This document shows positions 34,201 to 47,989 of a stretch of DNA of 64,000 bases, piece after piece (the first letter of the stretch is position 1; every line of letters starts with the position of its first letter). Position numbers and translations under genes: made by a program. Origin of the DNA: Vicugna vicugna (lineage: Eukaryota); contig MU057887.1 in NCBI GenBank assembly GCA_013265495.1, positions 2,203,576 to 2,267,575 on the forward strand, in the 5' to 3' direction. Below the pieces are notes generated by a model that saw nothing but the letters and a program-made list of their open reading frames with translations, had not been told where the DNA came from and did not search any database.

Positions 34201-37200
34201 CCTTCACATAGATCAATCAAATTGATAAGCCTTTAGCAAGGCTGATTAAAAATAGGAGAGAAGTTAAAATTACCATCATCAGAAATGAAAGAGAGTTTTT
34301 TTNNNNNNNNNNNNNNNNNNNNNNNNNNNNNNNNNNNNNTAACATTCAAGGTGGCCAGGGTACAATCCAACGTCACTTGGCATGTGGAGAACCAGGAAAA
34401 TCTCAGTTTTTGTGGGAAAAGACAGTTTCAGATACCAACACTGAGATGACACAGACAATGGAATTATTACTAAAATATCCCCAGCGAGCAACCTCAGACA
34501 CATTGGAAATCATTAAAAAAATTAGAAAATGAAAACTTAAGTCCTGAAGAAAAGTACATTAAAAATACCCCTCACAGATAGACTCAATAGTAGAATGAAG
34601 ATGACTGAAAAAGGAGGCACCAGACTTGAAGACAGATCAATAGAAATGATCCAGTCTGGGCAACAGAGATGAAGATGCGAAGGACGGCCTGAGCCTCAGG
34701 GAGCCGTGGGCAACAGGAAGGTCCAGATCCTGTGTTGTCAGAATCAAAGAGGAGAAAGAGCGGTGCTAGGAAAAGACAAGCTGGCTGGAAACGTCCTGAA
34801 TTTGGAGAAACGCATAAACCAGCAGAATCCAGAAGCTCAGCAAACCCCAAGGAGAATGAACCCAGGGAAATTCACGTCCAGGCACATCGTAGTCCAGCTG
34901 CTGACAGCTAGACGCACACGGAGTTGGGAAAGCAGCCAGAAAAAAACGCGTGTTCCCTCCGGGGGAACGCAGTTCGCCCACCGCGGATTTCACATCCAAA
35001 ACCGCAGGGCCGGGTGCGGCGGCGCAGGAGCTTTAAAGTGCTCAAAGAGGAGATCGTCAGCCCAGAAACGCACGTCCAGAGATAAATACCTTCAGGAGAG
35101 AAGATGAAAAGAAGACGTTCTCAGCTGAAGGAAAACAGCAACAACAGACTCACAGCCAGCGGAGCTGCTCTAAGAGGATCCCTGAAGGGAGCTGTCCGGA
35201 CGGAAGGGAAAGGCTGGCGCAGAGCCGCCTGCAACGCCGGGGACGCAGGAGAACACAGGAGTGGGAAATACGCGGCCAAACAGAATAGGCTGTTTTGTGT
35301 TCTGAATTCTTCAAAATATCTTTGATAGTTGGAAGTAGAAAACTGTGCCATTGTCCGACAATGTTTTAAATATACCTAATGTAATATATGGGAGGACTGC
35401 CACGTGAAGATGGGGGAACAGGACCCATACGGGGTAAGAGGTGTGTGCTCCACCTGCAGCGAGGACACATGGCTTCAGAGTTGACTGAAAAGCTAAGCAG
35501 GTACAATGCGCTCCTAGGACAACCAATTGGAACAATTAATCTACACAGAGGGAGGTAGTAAACAGCATGATGGATGATACTAAAAATGTTCAAATCATCC
35601 AAAAGAAGGCAGGAAAGTGAGAAACAGAAATGGAAGATGGAGGAGACAGACAGAAAACAATGGTAAAGGAGTTAACTCCCCAAGAAGACACAGCTACCCT
35701 AAACGTGTGTGCTTCTGACTGTAGAGTTTTAAAATACATGAGGCAAAAACTGAGGAAAGGAAAAGGAGAAATAGATAAATCCGTCATGGTGGTTGGAGAC
35801 CCAACAGTCCCCTATTAGTGAGACGTAGAACTAGAGAGAGAAGCCCTGCAGGATGGGGGAGTGAGCAACGCTACAGGCCACCATCTGTAGTTGGTATTTA
35901 CAGAACACTGAACTCAGTGAGAGAAGAACACACATACTTTCAAATCCACGTGTGACATTCACTGAGAAAAAGTTTTGAAATTATAGCAAGTATGTTTTGT
36001 GATCATAATGGAATTTAAACTAGAAATTAGTAACAGAAAGGTAACAGGAAAATCTCCAAGTACTTGGCAGTTAAACAGCACACTTTAAAATAATCATTGG
36101 GCCATAGAGGAAGTCTCCAGGGAAATCAAAAAATACTTTAAGCTGGACAATGGTGAAAATACAACACATCAACGCCATCCCCACTTCCAGGATGATGCTA
36201 AAACAGTGCTGGAAAGTAAGTGCAAAGCACTGAATGTTCACACTAGAAAAAAGAAAGGTTTTAATTGAATAATCTAAACTTTACCTTAAGAAACTGAAAT
36301 ATGAAAAGCCAAATGAACCGACAGCAGGCAGAAGACGGGGAATTATAAAGATAAGAGGAGAAGTCAGTCAAACTGAAAATAGAAAAAACCGGAGAGAAAA
36401 TCAAAAGCTGGTCCTTCACATAGATCAATCAAATTGATAAGCCTTTAGCAAGGCTGATTAAAAATAGGAGAGAAGTTAAAATTACCATCATCAGAAATGA
36501 AAGAGAGTTTTTTTTAAAAACAAACTCTGCAGACCTCAAGAGAACAAGAAGGGAACACTACAAGCAATTTTACGTGTGTCACTTCAACAAGGTTTATGAA
36601 ATGGATAAAATCCTTAACAAGCACAAACTACCAAAGCTCACCCAAGATGAAACAGATAACCTGGATAGTCCTATCACTGTGAAAGACATTGGGTTTGTAG
36701 CTAAAGTTTTCTGCAAAAGAAATCTTCAAGTTCAGACTGTTTCACTGGCAAATTCTAACAAACATTAAAACAGGAAAGAGCACCAAGTCTATACAATCTT
36801 CTTAAGAATCGGAAACGCTTCCTCCCTCACTTTAGGGCGTAAGCAGCTCTCTGACACCTAAACCCGACAAGAGCAGTACAAAAAGACACGTGCAGACCAA
36901 TATTGGCCGTGGATGTATATGAAAATGTTCTCGGTAAACTACTGAATCTGAAATTATACAGAAGATTAAAATGTGACCCTTAACTGGGGTTTATGTCAGG
37001 AAAGCAAAACTGAGCCAGTATTAAATCTTCCATCAGCGTAATCTATTACATTAACTGTCTAAAAAGTACCCCCACATGATCATACTGATTGATGCAGGAA
37101 AAGTATTTGACAAAACTCAGAATCCGTTAATAACAAATGCAAACCATTCAAAGCAAACTTCTATAAGTAAAATTCCTCAACCTGAAAAAGAAAATTTACA

Positions 37201-38860
37201 AACAAGTTACAGCTAACAACTCAGTGGTGAATGACATAATAATTTTCTCCTAAAATCGGGAAAAAGCCTCGAAAGTCCCCTCTCACCAGCTCCACTAAGT
37301 ATTATAATGAAAATCCTAGCCTTTATGATAAGGCAAGAAAAAAATTAAAGCCTACAGATTGAAAGGAAATGACAAATCTGTCTTAATCATAGACAACATA
37401 ATTTTTCACAAATATAATTCCAAACAATATTCAAAAAGTTTTCTAGAATAGAAAGTGACTATATGAAGTTTTCAGGATTCAAGGTCAACACCCCCCACAC
37501 ACAAACAGACCCAGAGATCAATAGGTTTTATATATTAGTAACAATTTGAAAGTTAAAAATATATCATTTAAAATGTTTCAAGAAAAGTGAAATACGTAAG
37601 TGTAAATCTTACAAAGCAGGTACAAAATTTGGATGTTGAGAGGTATAAAACATGAATGAGAACTTTCAAAGCAGATTCACGTAAATGAAGAAGCATGCTA
37701 TGTTCATGGTACCAACATGGTGAAGATGTTGATTCTTTCCAAGTTGATTCATAGATTCAGTGCCGTACCAATGAAAATCCCAGCAGGATTTTTGTAGATA
37801 CAGACATGAAACTTGCAGAATTACTATGGAATATCAAACGAATTAGAATAGAGGAAAACAATTTTGAAAAAGAAGAATAAATGTGGAAATTAAGCCACCC
37901 AATTTTAAGACTTATTCTAAAGGTACTGTAATCAAGACCGTCTGGTATTGGCAAATGAGTAGATACATAAATCAATGAACATCATATAAAGTTCAGAAAT
38001 AGATCCACACAAACATGGCCATTTGACTTTCTATTATGGTGCAGAAACAGTTCAGTGAAGGAAACAGTTTTTTTTCAACACATGATGTTAGAACAACTAG
38101 CCATTCATTTGCCAAAAATATGAACCTCAGCTCAAACATCTGCGATGTAAGTGCAGTGCATGACGTGAAGCTTCTTGCTCACCAAGGCATTCGTTTCAAG
38201 ACATGCATCTTCAATAAACATGTCAGTTGTATGATACAGCGACAAGCAAACCAGCCGGACGGGGAAGCAGGCTCCCACCACCCATGACGCTCCCTCTTTG
38301 AGAAAACCTTAGTTGGCCTAGATAACCGACCATCTGAGTGGCCCCGCTTCTTCCTTCCCACACCCTCGCTCCCCTCTCTTGGGCTTTAAATTCACCAATG
38401 AAGAGTGAGCCCACGCTTTACTGAGGGAAAGGGTTGGGAGTCTGAGAATTGCAAATGGTAACCACCATGTACGAATACAGGTAAAAACAAAATGGCGCAC
38501 CCACCCTGAGACACGGACCGGCAGTTCCCGTATAATGAAACACATGCCTGCCACCTGACCCAGTTATTCTGCTCCTGAGGAAAGGAATCGGACATTTGCA
38601 CACGTGCAGGGATTTTCACAGCAACTTGTTAACGATCTTCCCAAATGCAAATAACCCAAATGTCGTTCCGCAGGTGCATGGATAAACAAACTGTGGTACC
38701 CACGCAATGGGATGCGACTCAGCCGTAAAAGGGGGTGGACACTGATATTTGTACCAACCTGAGTGAATTTCAAAACCGTCACGCTGAAGGCAGGATGTCA
38801 TTCTCAAAATGCGATGTGCTCTATGATTCCATTTATATGCAACTCTCAAAAATCTCCACT
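31240..38860 (+). mobile_element. Long old L1M element (5' region, ORF1, ORF2, 3' part) containing a duplicated segment and an insertion
   Basis: ORF1 peptide EAQQTPRRMNPGKFTSRHIVVQLL; ORF2 endonuclease QEDTATLNVCASDCRVLKYMRQKL...VVGD; KLPKLTQDETDNLDSPIT. Confidence 0.85.
32128..36514 (+). repeat. Direct duplication 32128-34302 / 34340-36514 separated by a 37-N gap
   Basis: Two 2175-bp copies at a constant offset of 2212; about 11 substitutions counted by eye and no indels. Confidence 0.95.
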
Positions 38861-39109
38861 CCAGCCGGTTCCTTCTCAGCGTCTTCGTAAGTAAAATGGG
38901 ACAATTGTAAGCACCACTGTCCAGAGTGATCATCAAAGGGGAACCACGGCGATCCAGGGCTTGGCCCAGACAGCGAAGGCTCCTTGCTGTCTCTTATGTG
39001 GGGCTAACCCTAGAACTGCTGTCATTATTAAAAACAGGTGCAGACCTCAAATGTATTCTCCGCCACAGTTGCCAAGAACATGGGCTCTGGGTCTGCATTC
39101 TGATTCCAC

Positions 39110-39620
39110 CCTGCTGCTAGGACTCTTTGTCACAAGAAAGGAAATGGAATTTAAGTTGCCTTCAACAACCACCACCATGAAATGCGTGGGTTCATGTTAC
39201 CTGGACAGCTCACAGGATGGTGTGGCTTCAGGCACAGTCTGATCTAGAACCTCTAATGATATCATCGGGACCCTGGTTTTATTTTTCATCTCTCCCTCGG
39301 TCCTGCTTGACTGTGTGGTCTTACCCTCAGGGTGGCCCTCTCTGCACTGGGGACCGATAATCACCAGCAGCTCCAAGGTCCGTCACCGTAAGTGTGAGAG
39401 GGAACAGGCCTGTCCCAGAAGCTTGGTTAGGACAACTGGGAGAAGGGCCTGCTGGCCTCACGTGCCCTTCCCTCCTGCACGAATACTGAGTTCTCGTGCA
39501 TGAGCGGATTGGCCAGGGAGCGGTCATGTGGCCACGCCCTGACGTACGGACACATGGAGTCAGCATCACTTAAATGGCGCAGATGGGGCGGGGCTAGAGC
39601 TCAAGACCGTGGTCCCTCAC
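39110..39620 (-). mobile_element. MLT1J/K-like LTR
   Basis: gctaggactctttgtcacaag...ggcttcaggcacagtctgatctag...gattggccagggag. Confidence 0.55.
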
Positions 39621-42600
39621 CATAGCACCACCATGCTGTGGGCTCTAGAGAGAGGAGGCCTCGCTCTCAGGAGGGGAGTACGGACTGCTGGACAGACCAG
39701 CAGCCAGCGCTGGCATGTATCTGGGCAAACGCAGGCCGTGGCTGAGCGCGGGGACGGGGGATGACTGCAGCAACCCCCTGCACGGCCGCAGGGGCGTGGG
39801 GAGGAGAGAGGCGTGTGCACAACTTTGCAGGAGCCGCCTCACAGCGAGCAGTCAGTCACTGCAGCTTCTCTCGCTACATTGTTGTTACGATATGTGATTG
39901 CTTTTGTATTCTCTAGCAAATTACACAGTCATGCCGGAACTAAATTAATATTAGTTATCTCCACTTGCAGTCCCGCAGACATTTCAAGCACTTTAAGAAC
40001 TCAGCGCGTGTGCAAATTGCGTTCCTTCTGCCTGGGAAGCCCCTGCCCCGCCCACTGAACAGACACCCCGTGTTAGTCGCGTCGCTGTTCTAAGCGATAT
40101 TTTCCGTTTTGCAGGTTCTGCAATGCATTGCGCCTTAGCTTGGCCTCCTGGTTCCTGAGCACCCCCCGAGGGCAGTATCCTGGACCACTCATCACTGTGT
40201 CTCAAGGTCTCGGTGCGCGGAGGGGGCTCCAGGAAACGCTACCGTGGACCCGCCCTGAGATGACGCACAGAACGGGCAGCAGGTGCGTGCGCCTAGCACT
40301 TCGACAGTTGCCGGCTCTGGGTTTTATCAGTGCCTGGGGGGCATCCCGGAAGAGGGGCGCCCACTGCCTGGGAGGGCCGGGGACCGAACAAAGCCATGGG
40401 ACCACGCCTGTACCGCTGCTGCCTGGGGGTCCCCTGAGGCCACAGACACCCCCCTGCTTGGTCTCAGCGACACTGAGTGCTTCCAGATGGCTGAGACATG
40501 GGCTCGCTGGGCCAGGGGGCTCGGGCACAGGACCAGGGCAGGGCTGGCTGCACAGGAAGAGGATGACAGGGGCTCCATCAGAATCAATTATTGTCTGTTT
40601 TCTGCCCATCTGGCCACTGCAGCGTGGGGGTCCGGGTGCCCTGCGGCTTTGTGGAGAATGGCCCACGCTTCCCAGTGAGACGAGCCCGGCTTTGGTCCAG
40701 GAACGTCGTGCGGCTTCTCCCGGCTGCAGCCTCTCCGTCAGTGGCACATGAAGAACGTGACTGCCTGGTGGGGTTTTTCGAGGATTAAATGAGGTTGAGT
40801 GAGAACGAGGCGTGTAAACTGGATTTTACATTCCTGAGACTATAAATGCTACTTACACATTCCAGTGATGTTTTTTAAAATTCTGAAACGTTAGAGTGAC
40901 TTCACCCACTGTGCTCAGCCACCAGGCCCGCATGTGAAAATCACACACAATAATGAAAGGAAAGGTGCGGTGACTGTGTCGCCCCAGCTCAGCAAGTCTG
41001 TGTCCGTCGCCCGAGATGGTGGCTGCTGGCGGCGGCGGCGGGGCCCTGCCCGTCCCTGCCGAGCCCCTCACGCTGCGGCCGGGCGGTCACTGGGAGCACA
41101 CTTCTGGTTGGCTCTTCTCTGCGGGAACCCTGGGTGGTTCCTCGCCGTCACGGCGTCCTGCTGTCGCCTCCTTGGGACGACCCAGGAGCTTTCTGAGACG
41201 TGTCCCAGCCACCACTTCTGCCGTGCAGTGTTTTTCCTCTCCTGGAAGAGACAAGAAAACTAAAAGAGGCAAGTGAAAAACATTTCCTGCTCCCGTTGCC
41301 AAGAATGGATGGAAGGACAGAAGGCGTGTTCAGCTCGCTGCTGCGGGTTGACCTGCGCCCCTCCTACCAGAAAGCTGACCCCCTCCCGTAGCCCAGGCCC
41401 AGGGCGGCCAGCAGCCAGCCAGCCCCGGGGGAGGTTTTACGGCTTGAACCGCGTCAAGTTTCCCGTCTTCAGGAAGGAGGCGGACTCCGATGCACAGTGT
41501 TGCGGGGCGGGGGGACGAGAAAGGCCATCTTCCGGCGGAGAAGCTGCAAGAGCCCCGCAGATCCTGCGCGATAAGGAGCTTACTGCCGGGACTGGCCGCT
41601 TGATCAAGTTGCCATCCGTGGGATTTGCTAACTTTGAGCTGGGCCCGGGGATATCTCCGCGTTACAGCCTGGTTGGGACTGTGCAAACGCGCTTTATCTG
41701 ATCCTCGGGGAAATCGTTTTCTGAGTCAGTCGAGCCCTGATGGCTGCTGAAGGCTGCCAGCTTCCCTTGATGGAAGGTCCAAAGATCCACCAAGGAGAGA
41801 TAATTGTGGGAGGAGCTCGTCACAGGTAACGCCACCTCTGAGTTTCTAAGGATGCTCTCATAATCCCCTGGTAGGAGAGGGAAGATGGCGGCGGATGGAG
41901 TTTGGGCCCCGCCGGAGACATTTCAGGATGATGCCAGCCCTTTGGGGGCAGGGTGGGCCCTAGTCCTGGCAGTGTGCCTGGCCCCCAGAGCAGTGCCTGG
42001 CACCTGCCACATTCAGTGAGGGCTGTGGTTTCCCGGCGGTGGGAACGCCAGGCACCTGTCTCAGTGAAGCCGCCGTCACTCAGGGTCTGGGCATAGCCCC
42101 CGGGGCTCAGACCCGATCAGATGCAGAGGGGCAGCTCAGGAGGGACAAGTGTAAAGCTCAGACGCCAGAGCGCTGATGCTCAGCCCTGCCAGGCTGGGAG
42201 GTGGAGCCTCAGCCTCTCCCGGAGGCAGGGTTAACAGGCGGCAGTTATGTTCAGCCCTCCCACCGTCATCCATCCTTCAGAACCTCGCCAGCTCCTTCTA
42301 AGACGGTGGCAACAGGCTCCCAAACCCCAGCGCCGCCGTGGCCTCGCTTCCTCCTGCAGGCTGGTGGCCTTCTCCGCGGGCCGCACTCACGAGGCCTGTC
42401 TTTTGTCTCTTCATCAGCTGGGTGGGTTTCTGGCTCTGGGCTGCACCCAGAGGGAGGTTTCCGGGCGTGGCCCCGACCTTGGTAAGATGCTCCCCTCTCC
42501 TGGAAGATGAAACGGGCTTCCTCAGCCACGAGGTCAGGACCAGGGCCACGGTGGGGCCCCCTGCAGTGGGCGGGGCTCTGTGATGCAGCGTCCAAGATGA

Positions 42601-44244
42601 CAGAAAATTCCGTGAAGTTGGGAGCCCCTGAACACCCAGGCTGCGCCATGAGGGGGCCTGGGCCGACCTCTTTTCCTGGGCTTCCTATAGGCCCCAGCCC
42701 CTCACTGACCCTTCCCCCAGCCCCCAGTGCCAGCCTACAGTTTGCAGAGAACGCAGAGGCCTCAGTACGGTGCCAAGAGCAGTGGGTAACAATGCCGCGT
42801 GGTCACTGATCTTAGAACAACACCTGCGAGGGCTGGTCACCGCTGCCGTCTAAGCACCAGGAGCGACACACAGGAAACGCAGGTGGGATGTTGGGATCTG
42901 ACAGATGCACCTGGTCAACGCAGGGGAGCCACTGGGACATAAGCAGGCTCGGTGGGGGGAGGTGTCGCCAGTCGGGAGGCTGGCTGAGGGTGCAGGCACG
43001 GAGCCCCCTGCCTGAGTGGTGGCAGGGGTGGGGCTTGGAGGCAGAGTGGGCAGGGTCTGGGGACACAGGGGAGGAGGGACCGCAGTGGACACAGTCGGGG
43101 GAGGCTCAGGGGAGAGGCCTGCAGCACAGAGACTGCACATGACATTTCGGAGATTTCTGGAGAAGTGCGGAGCTGGACGGTGAGGGCCTGGACGGACCCC
43201 GAGAAGGAGGGACACAGCTGTAGGAAGGACCACGGAGAGGGAAGGAGCATTGGCTGAGCGTCCTGGGCTGCTGGGCGTCTCTGTGAGATGGGCTGAGACT
43301 TCTGCTTCAAACCAAAATGAACAAATCTGTGGACAGTGGTGGCAGCGTGGGGTCCTTCCTGCACAGTGAGCTGGAGGGCCAGGGAGAGACATGACGTGGG
43401 GACAAGGGCTGACAGCCTTTTCCTTGAACCTGTTCTGTGGGGAGACTGCGCAGCCTACAGGCTGATCTGAGGGGCTGGGTGAGCAGAGGAGGGGGGCCTG
43501 CAATCCAGGGGCCCCCCGGGAAGCCAGGGCCACCAGGAAACCCAAGGGCAGCGTGGGGCCTCGCAGGAAGACACGTGGCAGAGGAGGGCGGGGGCTTGGA
43601 CCTCACTCCAGAGCAAAGTCCCTGCTCTTTCAAGTTCGCACTCCGGCGTCCCTGCACCACGCTGGGGGGAGTCGGAAACGTTACAGGACCGCTGGCCTGT
43701 GACGTGCTGGACCATTGGATCCTGAGACTCTGGTCCTGCACCTGGCCAGGTGACAGGCCCACCTGATGCAAGGTGGCCGTTTGGCCTGCTGCGTGACGGT
43801 CACTAATCCCATGTCAGCCCCGAAGGCCACTCCCATCTAGAGGGGCACCAGGGGGCACGTGGATCTCAATTGATGGAAGTCTTTGCATTTTCCTGTTATC
43901 TCCTGGGGGCTTCACTCCAGCAAGAGGGGCTTCCCAGGCTGCGGGGCAGCACCTGGGCGGGGGCCTGACGGAAGGACCCGGGTCTGTCCTTCCACTGAGG
44001 AGAAGCAGAGCATCCTCAGGGACCAGAGGCGCCGAGACCGCCCTGGCCCGCACGGTGCCCGGAGCAGAATCCTCTCTGCCGCTGCTCTGCCTTCCCCGCC
44101 GGCCTTCGGGGCCCCTGGGCTGCAGACCATCGCCTCCCCACTCCGCCTCCCTCTTCTGCTGGCCCGGCTCTTCATCCAGCGGGAAGCTGCCCTTGGACCC
44201 TTGGACACCTGGGGCTCTTCCCAATTGAGGCCCATGTGGGTGGC

Positions 44245-44805
44245 TGGAGTGCCCCTGGAGGCCGGAAGTCTGAGGTCAAGGTGTCAGCAGGTCTGGATCC
44301 TCACGAGGTCTCTCCGTCTCCCTGGCTTGTGGATGGCCGTCACCCCCCCCCCCCCGTCCCCCCACCTGGGCGGCCNNNNNNNNNNNNNNNNNNNNNNNNN
44401 NNNNNNNNNNNNNNNNNNNNNNNNNNNNNNNNNNNNNNNNNNNNNNNNNNNNNNNNNNNNNNNNNNNNNNNNNNNNNNNNNNNNNNNNNNNNNNNNNNNN
44501 NNNNNNNNNNNNNNNNNNNNNNNNNNNNNNNNNNNNNNNNNNNNNNNNNNNNNNNNNNNNNNNTCTCCCTGGCTTGTGGATTCCCGCCCCCCCCCCCCCC
44601 CCGTGCCCTCACATGGTCGTCCTCGGTGTGTCTGTGTCCCGATCTCCTCTTCTTAGAAGGACCCGGGTCCTGCTGGATCAGGGACCCACCCTATGATCTC
44701 ATATAATATGACTACTTCTGTAAAGACCCGTCTCCAGACACAGTCACGCTGTTAGGTCCTGGGGGTTAGGGCTTCGGCCCAGAACCTGGGGGGCACAACG
44801 CAGCT
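44245..44805 (-). mobile_element. MLT1A/B-like LTR interrupted by a 188-N gap (44376-44563)
   Basis: ggaggccggaagtctgaggtcaaggtgtcagcagg and ctcctcttcttagaaggac...gggggttagggcttc. Confidence 0.75.
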
Positions 44806-45949
44806 TCTCCTGGGGGGCTGCAGTGGCAGCTCCTCCGGGGTTGCCCCTCCCCGCCTGCTGCCACGTGACCGCGGGGGGCTCTCCTAGGGCTCGCAGGACT
44901 CAGGGGACACCCGTGGGGAGCCCTGCTCGGAGGCTGTTTTCCACGCCGGCGACCTAAGTCCCCGTGGAGAGCAGCGGGCGGCAGGGAGCTGGCGGAAGCG
45001 GAGAGGTGTGGACTGGCGTCTGCAAACAGCGCGCTCTCGTCTGGGTTGTCAGTCTTTAATCTGCTTTGTCACTGGGTTGCCGCCGTCTAACGGACACATG
45101 CGTTTTCTTGCAGAAGAGGGTAAGTCCCCTTCGATCCCAGAAAGAAACACATCCCGGGTCTTGAGGCAGACAGTATCTTGATGGTATTTTTAAGCGCTTT
45201 TGAGTGTTCAACTTTTATGGTGTTTTAAACAATTTAGGAAGGAGCTCGGAGACTCCAGGCATCCCACGGTCTGTGCTTGGCCAGAGGGCGCCAGGCTGGG
45301 GCAGCGGCCAGCTTGGACCCAAGTGGCCCTGGGTTCAGGTCCAGCCAGACCTCTGAGCAGCCCCCTTGCTCTCTGAGCTTCTGACTGCATGTCAGCAAAG
45401 TGGGTGACGAGGTTCGTGGGCTCCTCGCGAGCTCACCTGTGAGGGGCCCGTAGGCACACTGAGCACTGGTACCGCCCTTACGACTGGGTTGAGAGGGTGG
45501 GTCGGTGTAATGGATCATTGTGAGTCACTGGGAATAAAGGCTTTCTGCCCAGATCAGAGGCAGCACAGCTCCCAGGCCTGGCGGCAAGTGTCTCCCCTCC
45601 CCCCCACCGCCCAGCAGTGGTCTGGAAGGAGGTCTGAGCCTCTGCACGGCCAAGCTTGGATGTAGATCCTGGGGTCGGTGGTGGTGACTGGGGGTCCCAG
45701 CTCCACCGCCCTCAGAATAGAATCACATCCGCATGGTTGCCTTTGCGACACACTCCACTGGCTGCGAGGATACAGTGAGGTTCCATTCTCTGTCTGGCAT
45801 TTTCCAGGCGCCAAGAGGGGACAGAGAAACACATTAAAGGCATGGCCATCTCTGTTCCAAGGGCTGCCCCCCAGCTGGGGAGGCAGCCTTGCCCCGTTGA
45901 ACAGTAACAATTGTGGAGGCGTCCCACCGGTGGAGCCGTGAGAGCCTGC

Positions 45950-47420
45950 AGCCTTCAGGGCAGAGAGGTGACCAGTGGAGCCTGAGGCTCTGTGATGTGA
46001 AGGGTGGGCGGGGCAGCCGTGGCGCTGGCGGGGCAGGAGCGCGCCGAGGCTGCAGCTGTTTCACCCACTGATCCGGCTGACCGGGCGCTCGCCGCCCCGC
46101 CGCCCCGCGCTCCGCACCTGTTATTTTCAGAGAACGGCACAGCGCGATCCCACCCCTGCCCGCAGGCCAGCCCCACTGCCCGGCCGAGAGGAGGCGGGGA
46201 GCGATGGTTTCAGTGCGCCGCACGAGCCGCTGCTCCAGACGTCAGACAGCGCCGACGGGCGCCAGAGGATGGGGGGGCCGTGCGGGGGGCACGCGCGTCA
46301 CAGCACAGAGAGAGCCCGCCGTGCGCGTGTCCTGCGCCGCGGTGCCGCACAAAGCCCGGGGGCGCCATCCCCGCCTCCGGAGGCGGCGTCTGGAAGAGGC
46401 GGAGCCGGAGTCATCGGCAGCAACACGGGACGGGAGCCGCTGGGCCGCGGCGGGCCCGGGCGCAGGGCCCACGGCGCGCTGAGCCGGGTCTGGAGGACGG
46501 CGGAGGGCAGTTGGTTCTGGATCTGGGAAAGCATTTTGGCCGCGGCGCCAGCGCGCGCAGGCCGGCCTGACACGTTTAGGAGACGTCCTGCGTGGCTGGC
46601 TGGGGCTGGCTGGGGGACCGGGGCCAGAGGACACCAGGGCGTGGGGGGCCTGCGGCAGACTGGCGCGTCTAGGCCAGACGGCGGCGTCCCGAGGACCCTG
46701 CCGAGCCCGCTGGCGGGCCCCGGTTCCCGGGGAGGACGGCGCCGCTGGGCCAAGACGGCCCACCCGGCGTGCGACCACGGCCCCCTCCAAAGGAGGCGAC
46801 GTGGAGGTGGCAGAGGGCGAGGGGACACACGAGAGAAGCGCGGGGCCTGCTGACGGCCGGGAAGGGTGTCTCGCACGAAGCGGAAACGTGGCAGGGTCTC
46901 TGGGGCTGCTGAGGGGACTCAGCCAGGGAGGACGAGCAGGGAAACCTACCTTTGTGAACCCGCGGGGCTGGCGGGGCCGCGCGGCGCCACGGTGGCGCCG
47001 TTTGCTTCCGATCGGCCTCCCGGGTCTGAATCCCACCGCAGGAATCCGGAGATCTCCGAGTCCGGTGCCTGGCTGGCCCCCAGCATCGCGACACCCGGTT
47101 TTCTTGGGCTTGTCTTGGCGGAGACCGGTAACCCGGGCGCGAGGCTGGCGGGGAGCAGAGAGGGCGCAGCCGGAGGGCAACGCCGCTCCAGCCCGCGTCT
47201 GCGGCTGGATCTTCAGACGGCGCGACGCTGCGATGCCATCGGGAGACATTCCCGGGATGCATCGCAGGAAATAAGACAAACCGACCAGCAATCAAAATGA
47301 TCAGAGTCCTTGGGAACTTGGTAACATTAAAACTCAACAAAATCGGCGGAATAGCAGAACGGCTGGAGCTGGGCACCGCGTTGCTCACCCCGGTGGCGGC
47401 CGTGGAGTTTTGCGAACAAG
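45950..47420. promoter_or_regulatory. CpG island
   Basis: About 1.4 kb of very high GC with dense CpG (gccgcggcgccagcgcgcgc) and GC boxes. Confidence 0.75.
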
Positions 47421-47985
47421 AGCAGACAGCGTGAGAGTAAAGGAGAGGAAGTGCTCAGAGGTGAAGATGACTTTTCCCTGAATTGAGAGAAGCGGCGGGT
47501 TTTTCCATCCAAAGTGTCTGGGGACAAAATAGATTAAGAAAAAGAGTGCAAGTGACTGGATGCAGTCTGGATACACGCCAGAACTCCAGAAACTAAGACG
47601 CCGGCTCAGAGTCTTCAAAAGCCTGAGAGCAACAGAGACAGACCCCTACAACGGGGCGCCGCAGCCTGCGAGACAGTGTCTGTAAAGATCCAGAAGGATT
47701 TTGATGCTATCAGCCTATGCCTGGGAAAACCATTACTCAAGGAGAAGAAAAAATAAAGCAATTTCCGTGTGTGAAAAAACAGAAAATTAAATTCGCCTCC
47801 TATGTGCTGTTTTTGAGAAGTAGCTTGAATACATACCTACGTAAAACAAAAGGAAACAAAAGACGTGAGCCAGTAGAAGGGGGGCGTGAGACTGAGCATA
47901 CGGTGAGGGGGAGACCGGTTAATCTCGGAGCTAACGTGGATGAACTGTTAGGCGTAACATTGAAAACGAGGACGTATGACTTAAT
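47250..47985 (+). mobile_element. Diverged L1ME ORF1 relic
   Basis: aaaactcaac...ggaatagcag; tctggatacacgccag...agagtcttcaaaagc; ctatgcctgggaaaaccattactcaagg. Confidence 0.55.
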
Positions 47986-47989
47986 CTAA

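Noticed and set aside
46242..47291. 349-aa minus-strand ORF and overlapping ORFs in the CpG island
   Set aside because: Low-complexity Pro/Arg/Ala/Gly composition, long ORFs in several frames on both strands and no domain; expected from stop-codon scarcity at very high GC.
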